Below are positions 33,101 to 43,153 of a stretch of DNA of 64,000 bases, piece by piece. The notes beneath the pieces are model-generated. The model did not search any database. It saw nothing but the letters and a program-made list of their open reading frames with translations, and was not told where the DNA came from. Numbering within the stretch: position 1 is the stretch's first letter; every line of letters begins with the position of its first letter. This stretch comes from an uncultured Planctomycetota bacterium (GTDB taxonomy: Bacteria > Planctomycetota > Planctomycetia > Isosphaerales > Isosphaeraceae), in the NCBI GenBank assembly GCA_963823665.1, contig CAWGMQ010000011.1, forward strand, positions 480,001-544,000, given 5' to 3'. A program made the position numbers and the translations under genes.

Positions 33101-33971
33101 TCGGCGACCTGCTCGCCGATCCTGGCGACGCTCCGCAGAAAGACCTTGCTCGCCGGTACGTGACCGGAGACCTCGGCGCTGCCATTGGAGGACGGGCCGT
33201 TCAGGACGGCGTGGGGTTCTGTGACGGTGGAGGGAAAGTCAGACCGAGCGACATGGCGTTCCGGGAGAGCGCCGCCGGAATGGGGTGCGACCTGGGTGTC
33301 GGGGATGGAATGGAGCCCGGAAAGCTGGCCGGTCTCGATGTAACCGGCGAGGCGGGCGGTCTCGTCGGGGGCCTGCGGAGGGGTCTGGCCGGCTTGCTCA
33401 TGCGGCGTTCTGGGCTTGGCGCGCGAGCGTCTGAGCTCGGCGATGATCGCGTCCAGGCCGCGGCCCTCGATGTATTGCATCACGTAGAAGTGGATGCCCT
33501 GGTCTTCGCCGACGCCATGAACGGGGACGATGTTGGTGTGGTGCAGCCGGGCGGCCGCCTGAGCCTCTCGCTTGAAACGAAGGATATCTTCGGGAGACAG
33601 GAGAGCGCTCGACGGCAAGACTTTGAGGGCCACTTTCCTGCTGAGCGATTCCTGCTGGGCCTGATAGACCACGCCCATACCGCCGCGGCCGATCATGCCG
33701 AGGATGCGAAACTCGCCGAGGCGCTCGAGCTGCGGCGGCGCGAGGCGGCTTCAAGACGGCTCGCGTGCGCGACGGTCACGTCGTCGGCGGGAGAGGTGGT
33801 CTTGTCGGGGTCTTCCTCGCAGCGGAAAAGCTCCCGGAGCTCGTCGGCGAGCTCGGGAAAGCGGCCGGCGTATTCGTCAAAGCGGGGGAGCTCGCCGCTG
33901 CTGCGCCTGGCGGAGATTTCGCGTGCGATATCTTGCAGAGCCCGGTTACCAGCCCGATTCACACCGTCCAC
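30105..33971 (-). CDS. Ser/Thr protein kinase with TM and C-terminal WD40 repeats; frameshifts at ~33740 and ~31940
   Basis: IGRGGMGVVY, VALK, HRDIKPSN, DFGLAK, GTLRYMAPE; N-terminal 'EYAGRFPELADELRELF'; many WD40 repeats. Confidence 0.9.
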
Positions 33972-34318
33972 GAGCCCTGGCTCCACTCGCCGACCACCCG
34001 GCGGGGCTTGTCTAAAGGCGCGCTTCTCATCTCGGATCGTGATCGAGGCGTTACAGACCGATCCCGACGCACCTCCTCTTCCATCATAAGTTACCCGGTC
34101 GGCGCCCAAACCGAAACCCTTGGTCTGCAAATCCGTTTCGGGAAATCGAGCCGGTCCTTGACCAAGGACTCGGGACGAGCGATTCTGTTGTCGCCGCGGA
34201 GAGACTGGAATCGGTCGCCCACGGGGGCGAAGAGCCGGTCTGGCGAGCAATCCGCACAAAGCCGATTGTGAACTCGGCTCATCCTGGTTTTCAAGTGATT
34301 CCTCTTGAGGGGGGCCCG

Positions 34319-34744
34319 ATGTCGCACCATATCGTCACGCGGAACAAGGAAAATGTAAGCCGCTTTTTTAACGAGGTCTTTAACAAGGGCAACATGGCGC
34401 TCGTGGATGAGACCATTGCTCCGGGATACACCTACAACGGTAGTCCCACGACGGCGGCGGAAACGAAGGCGTGGGCCACCGGGCTGCGGCAGGCCTTTGC
34501 CGGGCTGCAATTCACGATCGACGAGATTCTGGGTGAGGGCGAGAAGGTCGCGATTCGCTGGACGATGGTCGGGACCGACGTGAAGACGAATACGAAGTTG
34601 ACGACCAGTGGAACCAACATCATCACCAACGACGCCGAGGGCCGGGCGATCGCCAACTGGCAGAACGGCGGCACGATGCAAAGCCTGCAGCCGGTGACTC
34701 CTCCGGGCGGATCGGGGACGCCGGCGCCCGGGGCGTCGAAGTGA
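34319..34744 (+). CDS. SnoaL-like ester cyclase (NTF2 fold)
   Basis: 'NKENVSRFFNEVFNKGN...AFAGLQFTIDEILGEGEKVAIRWTMVGT'; GAGG RBS. Confidence 0.8.
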   Translation: MSHHIVTRNKENVSRFFNEVFNKGNMALVDETIAPGYTYNGSPTTAAETKAWATGLRQAFAGLQFTIDEILGEGEKVAIRWTMVGTDVKTNTKLTTSGTNIITNDAEGRAIANWQNGGTMQSLQPVTPPGGSGTPAPGASK

Positions 34745-34762
34745 GGGTGTTTTGTTGGATTT

Positions 34763-34797
34763 CAGTTATTGGTTGTCAGTTGTGAGTTGTCAGTTGT
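34763..34797 (-). repeat. Heptamer tandem repeat (ACAACTG-like x5)
   Basis: + strand reads cagttat tggttgt cagttgt gagttgt cagttgt. Confidence 0.75.
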
Positions 34798-34848
34798 CGG
34801 TGGGCGATGTGGTCCGGGTTGACGTCTTCTGAAAGGGGGTGGTTCGTG

Positions 34849-36258
34849 ATGAGAATCTCGCGCTGTGGATTGGTTCTTGTGGTTAGCTTGCTGTGTGGCG
34901 TGCAGGCCGATTCGCCGCGCCCTTCGGCGCAGAACAATCCTGCCCAGGAGCCGTTCGCGGATTTCGTGTACCTGCCGCCGCCGTCGCAGTACACGGGGCG
35001 GGTGTTCAAGCTGAGCCAGCAATACCCTACGGAGCTGCCGCCGAATGAGCGAATTCCGGAGTTCTTCAAGATCGACTTCAAGACACAGTGGCGCGAGTAT
35101 CTGCTTGCGGCTCGCGCTTACTGCTTCGCGGGCAACGTCACGCCGGGCGGCGATTTGGAGAACGACTGGCGGATTGCCGAGGCGAACCCTCCGCGCTGGT
35201 TCCACATGCCGTGGCAGACCTATGGCCCGCTGGGACGGGAAGGGGTTCATGGGCTCACGCAAGAAGCGCCGGTGCAGTCGCGCCAGCTCGCGTGGAGCCA
35301 GACTTACACCGGGGGGACCACATTTGCTGTAGGGATGTTCAACGAGTTTGGCGGCTACGGGATCGGACAGATCTGGAAGGACCACAACAACCCTGATCTT
35401 TCCAAGGGGCCGTTCCCGGAGGGGACCGTCATTTGCAAGGTGCTGTTCGTCGATGTTCCCACCGACCAAGTTCCATGGCTGGTGAATCCCCTTGAATGGA
35501 AGGCCTATGTTCCTCCGAGTTATGTGGCGGCACCGCCGCCCTTACCGCGGGGATTCAAAAAGCTTGCACTCGTGCAGATGGACTTGATGGCCCGCGACAG
35601 CCGTGCGCCGAACGGCTGGGTCTTCGGCAACTTCCAGTACAACGGAGCGACCAATCACAAGAATCTCTGGGAGAATTTGGTGCCGGTCGGAGTGATGTGG
35701 GGCAACGACCCGGAAAGCGCGGAGAATCAGTCGAACTCCCAGCCGGTCACGACCATCAGGAACCCGAATCTGAAGGAGACGATCATCAACGATGATACGA
35801 AGGAGCTGCCGCCGACTCACCTGGGGTGGAACGGGCGACTGAACGGGCCGGTCGACAATCCGATGAGCTCGTGCATGAGCTGCCACATGACAGCGGAGTA
35901 TCCGGTGCTGACCCCGATGAGCCCGCTCTTTCAGGATCCGGCACAGGTTCCCGCGCCTGGCACTGCGGAGTGGATGCGGTGGTTCAAGAACATGAAATGC
36001 GGGGTTCCGTTTGATGAGAGTGCGAAGTCGACCGACTTCAGCCTTCAGCTCGTCGACAGCATCCAGAATTTCCGGCTGTGGCAAGCCGAGGAGAAGAGCC
36101 TTGCTGGCCTTTCGGCTAGCGAGTACGGCTTTGGCGGAGCGGCGCCTCCGGGGGTTGCGGCGGCGCCCGCAGCGAGAAACACGCCGATTTCGCCCTTCAA
36201 AGTGCGGATTAACGGGCGCGAGCAGTTCAAGATTCTTCGCGACGTACCGCATCCTTGA
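34849..36258 (+). CDS. Secreted hypothetical protein with a single CxxCH (putative c-type heme) motif
   Basis: Signal peptide; SCMSCH at 35872-35886; Trp/Pro-rich. Confidence 0.75.
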   Translation: MRISRCGLVLVVSLLCGVQADSPRPSAQNNPAQEPFADFVYLPPPSQYTGRVFKLSQQYPTELPPNERIPEFFKIDFKTQWREYLLAARAYCFAGNVTPGGDLENDWRIAEANPPRWFHMPWQTYGPLGREGVHGLTQEAPVQSRQLAWSQTYTGGTTFAVGMFNEFGGYGIGQIWKDHNNPDLSKGPFPEGTVICKVLFVDVPTDQVPWLVNPLEWKAYVPPSYVAAPPPLPRGFKKLALVQMDLMARDSRAPNGWVFGNFQYNGATNHKNLWENLVPVGVMWGNDPESAENQSNSQPVTTIRNPNLKETIINDDTKELPPTHLGWNGRLNGPVDNPMSSCMSCHMTAEYPVLTPMSPLFQDPAQVPAPGTAEWMRWFKNMKCGVPFDESAKSTDFSLQLVDSIQNFRLWQAEEKSLAGLSASEYGFGGAAPPGVAAAPAARNTPISPFKVRINGREQFKILRDVPHP

Positions 36259-36295
36259 GCGGTGCCGGTGCCACCCATGAAGAACTTTCAGCGGG

Positions 36296-36319
36296 CGGCA
36301 CACGGAGTGTGCCTGCTAC
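36296..36319 (-). repeat. GTAG-type REP element
   Basis: Minus strand reads GTAGCA-GGCACAC-TCC-GTGTGCC (GTAG + hairpin); related arms at 40425-40477. Confidence 0.7.
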
Positions 36320-36410
36320 ACCGGAGCCCTGGATAGCCAGTGCCGCCCATTCTGGACTGGCAATGTCAGTGTCGGCCAATCGATCTTTACCGTTCCTTCG
36401 GGGACCTTCG

Positions 36411-37148
36411 ATGGCTCGTTCGCGGCAGACCGAGAAGGATCGCAAGGACCATGCCCGCAGGGTTTGCAAAGCTCTCGAGCGAGCTTACCCTGAGGCTTCC
36501 TGTGCGCTTTTGCACTCTGATCCCTATCAGCTTCTGGTTGCCACGATCCTCTCGGCGCAGTGCACCGACGCCCGGGTGAACATGGTGACGCCGGAACTGT
36601 TTCGGCGGTTTCCGGATGCGGTGAGCCTGGCGGCCGCGGATCAGGGTGAGCTCGAATCCCTGATCCGATCGACGGGCTTTTTCCGGGCCAAGTCGCGCAA
36701 CCTGCTGGCGATGGCCAGGAAAGTGGCCGACGACCACGGTGGGGTGATTCCGCGCGATCTCGAATCGCTGACGGCGCTGCCGGGCGTGGGACGGAAGACG
36801 GCCAACGTTGTGCTGGGAACGGCGTTTGGGCTGGCTTCCGGTGTTGTGGTCGACACGCATGTGAAGCGGCTCGCCCGCCGCCTGGGATTGTCATCGCGGA
36901 ACACGCCCGAGCAGATCGAGCGAGATCTGATGGAGATCGTGCCGCGGGCGCACTGGGTGGATCTGAGCCATCGGCTGATCCATCACGGACGCCGCGTCTG
37001 TGTGGCGCGGCGGCCGCGATGTGATCTATGCTCGCTTGAGAAGTCCTGTCCCAAGATCGGCGTGGTAGCAGCCGCGAAAGCGGCCAAGGCCACGCCGGCG
37101 CGCCGGACTTTGCCCGGTAAGAGCCGATCCGGATCGACGGCCGGGTGA
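36411..37148 (+). CDS. nth: Endonuclease III
   Basis: LVATILSAQCTD, HhH LPGVGRKTANVV, VDTHV, 4Fe-4S motif C-x6-C-x2-C-x5-C. Confidence 0.95.
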   Translation: MARSRQTEKDRKDHARRVCKALERAYPEASCALLHSDPYQLLVATILSAQCTDARVNMVTPELFRRFPDAVSLAAADQGELESLIRSTGFFRAKSRNLLAMARKVADDHGGVIPRDLESLTALPGVGRKTANVVLGTAFGLASGVVVDTHVKRLARRLGLSSRNTPEQIERDLMEIVPRAHWVDLSHRLIHHGRRVCVARRPRCDLCSLEKSCPKIGVVAAAKAAKATPARRTLPGKSRSGSTAG

Positions 37149-37217
37149 CGCCTCGGGTATTGTGGTTCCAAGCAAGCAAGAGCCCCCCCGGCCGACCGTG
37201 GAGCTTTGTCGATACTC

Positions 37218-38156
37218 ATGCATATTCAAGATATATTTAACACGCATACAACGACGTTCAGCTTCGAGTTTTTCCCGCCCAAGACCGATCGGGCTTCGAC
37301 CGAGCTTTTCGCGACGATCGCTCAGCTCCAGGCGCTGCAGCCTTCGTTCGTATCGGTGACGTATGGCGCGGGGGGCTCGACGCGAGAGCGCACGCATGAC
37401 CTGGTGGTGCGCATTCAGCGGGAGACGATGCTGACGGCCGTCTCACACCTGACCTGCGTTTGTCACAGCGAGGACGAGATCGCCGCGATCCTGGACCGTT
37501 ATGCGGAATCAGCGATCGAGAACATCCTGGCGCTCGGAGGCGACCCGCCGCGAGACATGACGCAATACGACCGGTCGCGCGATGCGTTTCAATATGCGGA
37601 TCAGCTCGTGCGTTTCATCCGGTCGCGCAAGAGCGCGGCTGATGCGCGAGGATTCGGGATCGGTGTGGCGGGGTTTCCGGAGGGGCACCCAGGGACTCCC
37701 AATCGGCTCAAGGAGCTAGATTATCTCAAGGGCAAGGTCGATGCCGGCGCCGATTACATCTGCACTCAGCTCTACTTCAGCAACTTCGACTTCTTTGACT
37801 TCCGGGAGCGCTGCGACCTGGCGGGCATCCGCGTGCCGATCATTGCGGGGATCATGCCGATCACATCAAAGGACAACTTGATCAGGATGGCTGAGCTTGC
37901 GCTGGGAACCCGGGTGCCCGCGAAGCTGCTGCGTGCTGTCGAGCGTTGCGGGAGTGACCCGGCCTCCGTCGCCAAGGTTGGCATCCACTGGGCGACCGAG
38001 CAATGCCTCGACCTGCTCGAGAACCAGGTGCGCGGGATCCACTTCTACACGCTCAACCGCTCGGATGCCACGCGGCAGATTTATGAAAACCTGGGCGTGA
38101 AGGATTCGATCTCGCTCGCGGGCCGCCAGCCGGTGCGTTCCTCACATGGGGGGTAA
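37218..38156 (+). CDS. metF: Methylenetetrahydrofolate reductase
   Basis: SFEFFPPK, SVTYGAGG, HLTC, FPEGHP, GIHFYTLN. Confidence 0.95.
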   Translation: MHIQDIFNTHTTTFSFEFFPPKTDRASTELFATIAQLQALQPSFVSVTYGAGGSTRERTHDLVVRIQRETMLTAVSHLTCVCHSEDEIAAILDRYAESAIENILALGGDPPRDMTQYDRSRDAFQYADQLVRFIRSRKSAADARGFGIGVAGFPEGHPGTPNRLKELDYLKGKVDAGADYICTQLYFSNFDFFDFRERCDLAGIRVPIIAGIMPITSKDNLIRMAELALGTRVPAKLLRAVERCGSDPASVAKVGIHWATEQCLDLLENQVRGIHFYTLNRSDATRQIYENLGVKDSISLAGRQPVRSSHGG

Positions 38157-39122
38157 CGCGGTCGCGCGGGGGCGATCGCGGTTCTTGATCATGATGATCT
38201 GGTTACCGTGTGAGTTGAAAGTCACCTCATCCATGAAGGTTCTGATCAAGAGCAAGCCGCGGCCGCCAATGCGGGTGAGATCTTCGGCATGGATGGGGCG
38301 GTTCAGGATCGACACATCGAAACCCGGGCCGTCGTCGCTGACGCTGAAGCGCGCGGCGTCGGCGTCGAGCTGCACATGAATCCGGACGCGGCGGGCCCGA
38401 TACGGTTCGATCTGGCGCCGTTCGAGGGCGAGCTGGCTGAAGATATGGTCGTCTGTCTGGCGAGTTTCGCTCGAAACCTCGAGATTGCCGTGAAAGACGG
38501 CGTTGGTGACCGCCTCCTGGAGGGCGATGCTGACCTGGACGAGGCCGGTCTCGTCCCAGAGCCCGATTCCGGCGAGCAATTCCTGCACGAGCTTCATGAA
38601 GGCCGCGATGAGATCCGGATCGTTGTCGAGCACGAACACCGACTCGGAGCGGACCATGCTCCGGAGGATGCGCGCTCGTTCGCGCCTGGAGGAAGCCGCG
38701 TCGAGTACCTGACGGAGCGTGGGAAGCAGGTCGTGCGTGATGTTCCGCTTGGCGATGTAATTGGCCGCGCCGGCTCGAAGCGCCTGGATCGCGGCATCTT
38801 CGCTGCCGTAGGCGGTCATCAGGATCACGATCGTAGCTGGATACAGTTCACGGACGCGCTTGACGATCTCGAGGCCTTCGCCGTCGGGGAGGATCAAGTC
38901 GGTGATGACGATGGAGGGAGACGCCTCGGCGATTGCCTTCATGCCGGACTGGATCGAATCCGCGAAAGCGAGCTCGAGATTCGTGAGCGGCGCCAGCAAT
39001 CTGCCGACGAGTTGACGATCGAACGGGGAATCATCCACGACCAGTACGGACGTAGGCTCGCCCGCCGTGGCAGAGGAAGCGGGAAGTGCGGTCATCGTGA
39101 GCTGGGTTTTTGATGCGCTCAT
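38142..39122 (-). CDS. Response regulator receiver fused to an RsbW-like HATPase domain
   Basis: VLVVDDS, TDLILP, MTAYG; EAVTNAVFHGN, DDGPGFD, GGRGLLLIRTFMDEV. Confidence 0.9.
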   Translation of the reverse strand: MSASKTQLTMTALPASSATAGEPTSVLVVDDSPFDRQLVGRLLAPLTNLELAFADSIQSGMKAIAEASPSIVITDLILPDGEGLEIVKRVRELYPATIVILMTAYGSEDAAIQALRAGAANYIAKRNITHDLLPTLRQVLDAASSRRERARILRSMVRSESVFVLDNDPDLIAAFMKLVQELLAGIGLWDETGLVQVSIALQEAVTNAVFHGNLEVSSETRQTDDHIFSQLALERRQIEPYRARRVRIHVQLDADAARFSVSDDGPGFDVSILNRPIHAEDLTRIGGRGLLLIRTFMDEVTFNSHGNQIIMIKNRDRPRATALPPM

Positions 39123-39236
39123 AGAAATGCAAGATAGCGACTTTACACCGCCAGTCCAGCCACCTGCGGGAGTACAATGGAGAAGAAAGCCTCGTTGCCG
39201 GCTCGCTCTCACCACGGGAACCCGGACGATTCCACC

Positions 39237-40376
39237 ATGTCTCGCCATGAGCTGACCGATCGCCTCAAGGCGGAAGCCGCCCGGCTAGGGTTCGACGCGG
39301 TTGGCATTGCGCCGGCCGTCGCACCGCCGGGCTACCCTGACTTCCAGCGCTGGCTCGATTCCGGGCATGCCGCCGGAATGGACTACTTGCGCCGGAATGA
39401 GGCGGCCCGCGCGCACCCGCGCAGTCTGCTCGATGGCGTTCGGTCCGTGATCATGGTGAGTGTCGTTTACGGGCAGAATCGGGACGACGCGGTCGAGGAA
39501 TCGAGTCGGCGCGGCAAGGTCGCGCGGTACGCTCGCGGGGGCGATTATCACGCTTTCTTGTGGCGGAAGCTCGAGGAGCTGCTCAAGTGGCTGCAGAGCG
39601 AATGCCCCGGCGTGGCGGGGCGTGCGGTTGCCGACACTGCGCCGCTTCTGGAGCGCGACTTCGCTCGGCTGGCCGGGCTGGGCTGGATCGGCAAGAACAC
39701 GATGCTGATCGACCGCAAGCTGGGCAGCTTCACGTTTCTAGGGGCGCTGCTGGTCGACGTTGAGCTGGAGTACGATGCGCCACATGAGGCGGACCACTGC
39801 GGAAGCTGCACGCTGTGCCTGGACCTCTGCCCGACGCAGGCATTCACCGGCGCCTATGAGCTCGATTCCCGCCGCTGCATCAGCTTCTGGACGATCGAGC
39901 ACAAGGGGGCGATACCCGAGGCGAATGCTTCGGAGCTCGACGGGTGGGTTTTTGGCTGCGACGTTTGCCAGGATGTTTGCCCTTGGAACCGCAAAGCGCC
40001 GCCCGGGCATCATGCCGAGCTGGAGGCGCGGAGCGAGTGGACTGACCCGGATTTGATCGAATGGGTATCTCGCGACCGGTCAGAATGGAGGGCTATGCTC
40101 AAGGGGACTGCGCTCGTGCGCGCGAATCGCTCCGGGCTGGTCCGCAATGCGGCGCTCTTGCTGGGCAGCCGAAAGCTGCCCGAAGCGGCCGCTGCCCTGG
40201 CAGAGCGGCTTGACGATCGGGAAGAAGACCCGGTGGTGCGCGCGGCGTCGGCGTGGGCGCTGGGCGAGATCGCGACTCCGCCGGCGCGGGCGGCCCTCTC
40301 GCGCCACGAGCAAGATCCCGACCAGTTCGTACGCGACGCTGTTTCGGCGGCGCTCTTGGCGGCACACCCTATCTGA
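39237..40376 (+). CDS. queG: Epoxyqueuosine reductase
   Basis: YARGGDYH, DTAPLLER, GWIGKN, CGSCTLCLDLCPT, FGCDVCQDVCPWN, C-terminal HEAT repeats. Confidence 0.95.
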   Translation: MSRHELTDRLKAEAARLGFDAVGIAPAVAPPGYPDFQRWLDSGHAAGMDYLRRNEAARAHPRSLLDGVRSVIMVSVVYGQNRDDAVEESSRRGKVARYARGGDYHAFLWRKLEELLKWLQSECPGVAGRAVADTAPLLERDFARLAGLGWIGKNTMLIDRKLGSFTFLGALLVDVELEYDAPHEADHCGSCTLCLDLCPTQAFTGAYELDSRRCISFWTIEHKGAIPEANASELDGWVFGCDVCQDVCPWNRKAPPGHHAELEARSEWTDPDLIEWVSRDRSEWRAMLKGTALVRANRSGLVRNAALLLGSRKLPEAAAALAERLDDREEDPVVRAASAWALGEIATPPARAALSRHEQDPDQFVRDAVSAALLAAHPI

Positions 40377-40424
40377 GGGACGGGGCGGGAATCACTTGAA
40401 GAACAGCGAGGGGTTCGTGCGTGG

Positions 40425-40477
40425 GTAGCAGGCACGCTCACCTGTGGGAAGAGCGGGCGGGCGAGCGTGCCTGCTAC
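40425..40477. repeat. 15-bp perfect inverted repeat (GTAG-REP-derived) between convergent genes; possible bidirectional terminator
   Basis: GTAGCAGGCACGCTC (40425-39) ... GAGCGTGCCTGCTAC (40463-77). Confidence 0.75.
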
Positions 40478-40488
40478 AAACGGCTTTT

Positions 40489-41466
40489 TCAGGTTGACGG
40501 CGGGTCGTAGACGACCGGCGAGATCGCCCCGGTGATCGACTGGTCGAACGCATCCTGGGTCGTGACCGTGAAGGTGTTCGAGCCGGACACGAGCGGGACC
40601 ATGATGCTGTAGGCACCGGTCGAATCGGCCGTCGCGGCCGTGCTCGTGCCGCTGGCCTGATCCACGAAGGTGACCGAGGCGTTCGGTGTGGTCGTGCCGG
40701 CGAAATGAACGGTGCTGTACGGCGTGGTGCGGTTGGCCGCGGGGTCGGACGCCGGATCGAGGTTCACGGAGACCACGGGGCTGACCTTGGTGGAGACTCC
40801 GAGATCCTCGCGGGCGATCTTGACGTCCTGGGAATTGATGACGCCGTCGCGGTTGGTGTCGGCATCGAACTGGTATTTCGCATTGGAAGACGTCAGGCCG
40901 TGTTCCGACTTGATGGTCTTGACGTCTGCCGCCGTGACCGTACCCGCGCCTGTGACGTCACCCGGGAGGTAGAAGCCGAGGAGATAGGTTCCACTGGTCG
41001 CGTCCAGCCCTTTGACCTGCACGGTGTAGACGTTGGCGGCCGCGCCGGTGGGCGGCACCTTGAGCGTCACCAGCGCGGCCGAGGTGGTCGACTGGGTGAT
41101 CTTGTTGGCTTTCATGACCGCACGGTCGTACTTCGAGTGCTGCACGTGGATCACGTGTCCGGACGAATCCTTGACGGAGATGATCTCGGGTTTCAAAGGA
41201 GACGTGGTCGAGGATCCCGAAGCGGTGGAAACAGCCGGCGTGATATCGATGCCGACGACGATGCGGCCGTCCTTCTTGGGCGAGGAGAACAAAGTGGGCG
41301 AGATCTGGAACGTTGTGGACGAGTCCAGCCCCGGACCGGCAACCGTGCCGGGCATGATCGCGAAGGTGCTCCCTTCGCCGGCACTCAAGACCACGCGGTC
41401 TTCCAGGATGTCGGGTGCGGGTTGGATGCGGCGGCGCCGGGGGCGCGATTGGTTAGATTGGTTCAT
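40489..41466 (-). CDS. Planctomycete extracellular protein with dockerin and Ig-like domains
   Basis: LEDRVVLS motif; GDVTGAGTVTAAD...ADTNRDGVINSQD dockerin-like repeats. Confidence 0.85.
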   Translation of the reverse strand: MNQSNQSRPRRRRIQPAPDILEDRVVLSAGEGSTFAIMPGTVAGPGLDSSTTFQISPTLFSSPKKDGRIVVGIDITPAVSTASGSSTTSPLKPEIISVKDSSGHVIHVQHSKYDRAVMKANKITQSTTSAALVTLKVPPTGAAANVYTVQVKGLDATSGTYLLGFYLPGDVTGAGTVTAADVKTIKSEHGLTSSNAKYQFDADTNRDGVINSQDVKIAREDLGVSTKVSPVVSVNLDPASDPAANRTTPYSTVHFAGTTTPNASVTFVDQASGTSTAATADSTGAYSIMVPLVSGSNTFTVTTQDAFDQSITGAISPVVYDPPST

Positions 41467-41683
41467 TGGCCCTCCTTGGCCATCCACCGAATGAGAACTC
41501 AGCAAACGGCCGATCGTCGATCGGCCCGCATTTGAGCACGACGGAAAGACAGCCATCCTGGCCGCCCCGATCGGTTTCCTTTCGTTAATCGCAAAAACAC
41601 GCTCAGAGCCGCCTTGACCGATTCTCATTCTACTATCGTTACAATCGGTCAGCGAACATCAGGAAAATGAGAAGATTTCCTGT

Positions 41684-43057
41684 TCAGGAGGCGACAATCG
41701 GCCGAGAGACGGCCACGGAACGAATGTGAGTCCGATGAATTGACGAGCCGGGCGATTCCGGTGATCTGTACAAATCGGGTTCAGCACGACGGGCCCAGAC
41801 GCGCCATGCAACCATTGCGTACAGCAACATTCCGGCCCAGAGAAACGCTCCGTACGCTTGGGCGATCTCATGACCCTCGCCGTCGGCGAAGAGGCCGCCC
41901 AGGTCGGACGCCGCTGCCATGAGCGAGAACGCCAGAGCCCACGAGCCGACCAGGAGCACCCTGCCACGACTGGCGAGGCGATTTGAGAAGTATTCGCCCA
42001 CGAGATAGCTGTAGGGGAGCAGCAACGTCACATAGTGGTGCTTCCAGCTCCGCTCGGAGAGAAAGAGCATCGTCAACACGATCAAGGACACCTCGCCGAG
42101 CAGGCGGGGGTCGCGGCGATCGGTCGTTTTGGTGCGGCAGAGGAATGCCAGGAGCGCCACCATGCCGACGGCGAGCGCCTTGAAGAGGTAGGTCACCACC
42201 CACCCGGGCAACGAGACAAGGTTCACATCGAGATGCGTATCGTAGCGGCCAGGCCCCGTGTTCACGTCTGTGAGCAGCCGAGTGAGCACCGCCACCAGCG
42301 ATTGGTTGATCTCCGGCGGGCTCGATGCGTTTTTGACAATGAACGGGGTGATCATCCGGTCCCACCACATCCCCAGACACTCGCCGTTGAACTGAGGCCC
42401 GATCACGACGCCGGGCACGATGATCAGGAAGATTCCCAGGCCCAGCAGCCCCCAGGTCAGGGTGCGCCATGATCGCTTATATGCGAAATACACGAAGAAA
42501 AGGGCTGGAGTCACCTTGTAAGAGGTCGCCAGCGCCAGGAGCAGGCCGGCACCGATATCCCAGCCCTTGCGCCAGGCGTAGTACATCGACATGACGAGGA
42601 ACATGATGAGCAGGTTGTTGTTCCCGTGGTGCAGATCGCCCAGAATCGGGCGCAAAGCGAGGAGGAGAATCAGTGAGCGCATGATCGGCGGGGATGTCGA
42701 TCGACCCGGCGGCATGACGATTTCAAAGCACATCATGAGGACGGCCGTGGTCATCGCGACTTTGATCGCGAACCAGCACATGGCGCCGGCGACCGTCGGC
42801 ATCGCCATGAGTGGATAAAGCGAAATGGGCATGATCGGCGGGTTAGGGAAGAGAATCTTGTCATAGATGTTGACGCCCGACCAGAACTGAAGCACCTGAG
42901 GGCGCCATCGCACAAATGCGCTTCGATGGTCGGCGGCCTTCTCGTAATAGAAAGCGGCCGAAATGAGGATGATCGTCGCCCAGAGAAACCAGAAGGTGCG
43001 ACCCGAGAATCGTTCCAGCCGGCAAGACTCGCCGCCCGAGGTGTCAATCGCTGGCAC
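41684..43057 (-). CDS. GT87-like (GT-C) membrane glycosyltransferase
   Basis: FPNPP, HGNNN, KVTP, NQSL, SWKHHYV motifs; many TMs. Confidence 0.85.
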   Translation of the reverse strand: MPAIDTSGGESCRLERFSGRTFWFLWATIILISAAFYYEKAADHRSAFVRWRPQVLQFWSGVNIYDKILFPNPPIMPISLYPLMAMPTVAGAMCWFAIKVAMTTAVLMMCFEIVMPPGRSTSPPIMRSLILLLALRPILGDLHHGNNNLLIMFLVMSMYYAWRKGWDIGAGLLLALATSYKVTPALFFVYFAYKRSWRTLTWGLLGLGIFLIIVPGVVIGPQFNGECLGMWWDRMITPFIVKNASSPPEINQSLVAVLTRLLTDVNTGPGRYDTHLDVNLVSLPGWVVTYLFKALAVGMVALLAFLCRTKTTDRRDPRLLGEVSLIVLTMLFLSERSWKHHYVTLLLPYSYLVGEYFSNRLASRGRVLLVGSWALAFSLMAAASDLGGLFADGEGHEIAQAYGAFLWAGMLLYAMVAWRVWARRAEPDLYRSPESPGSSIHRTHIRSVAVSRPIVAS

Positions 43058-43153
43058 GGCTTACCCCTTCCCTGGAGAGACTGACGCCCACGCAGTTGTG
43101 CTGCGTTAGCGTGTTCCTCGGTCGGTCGCGACCGGTCACAAAGAACTGAACGA

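Noticed and set aside
37149..37217. SAM or other riboswitch upstream of metF
   Set aside because: The gap is only ~70 bp and has no recognisable aptamer motif
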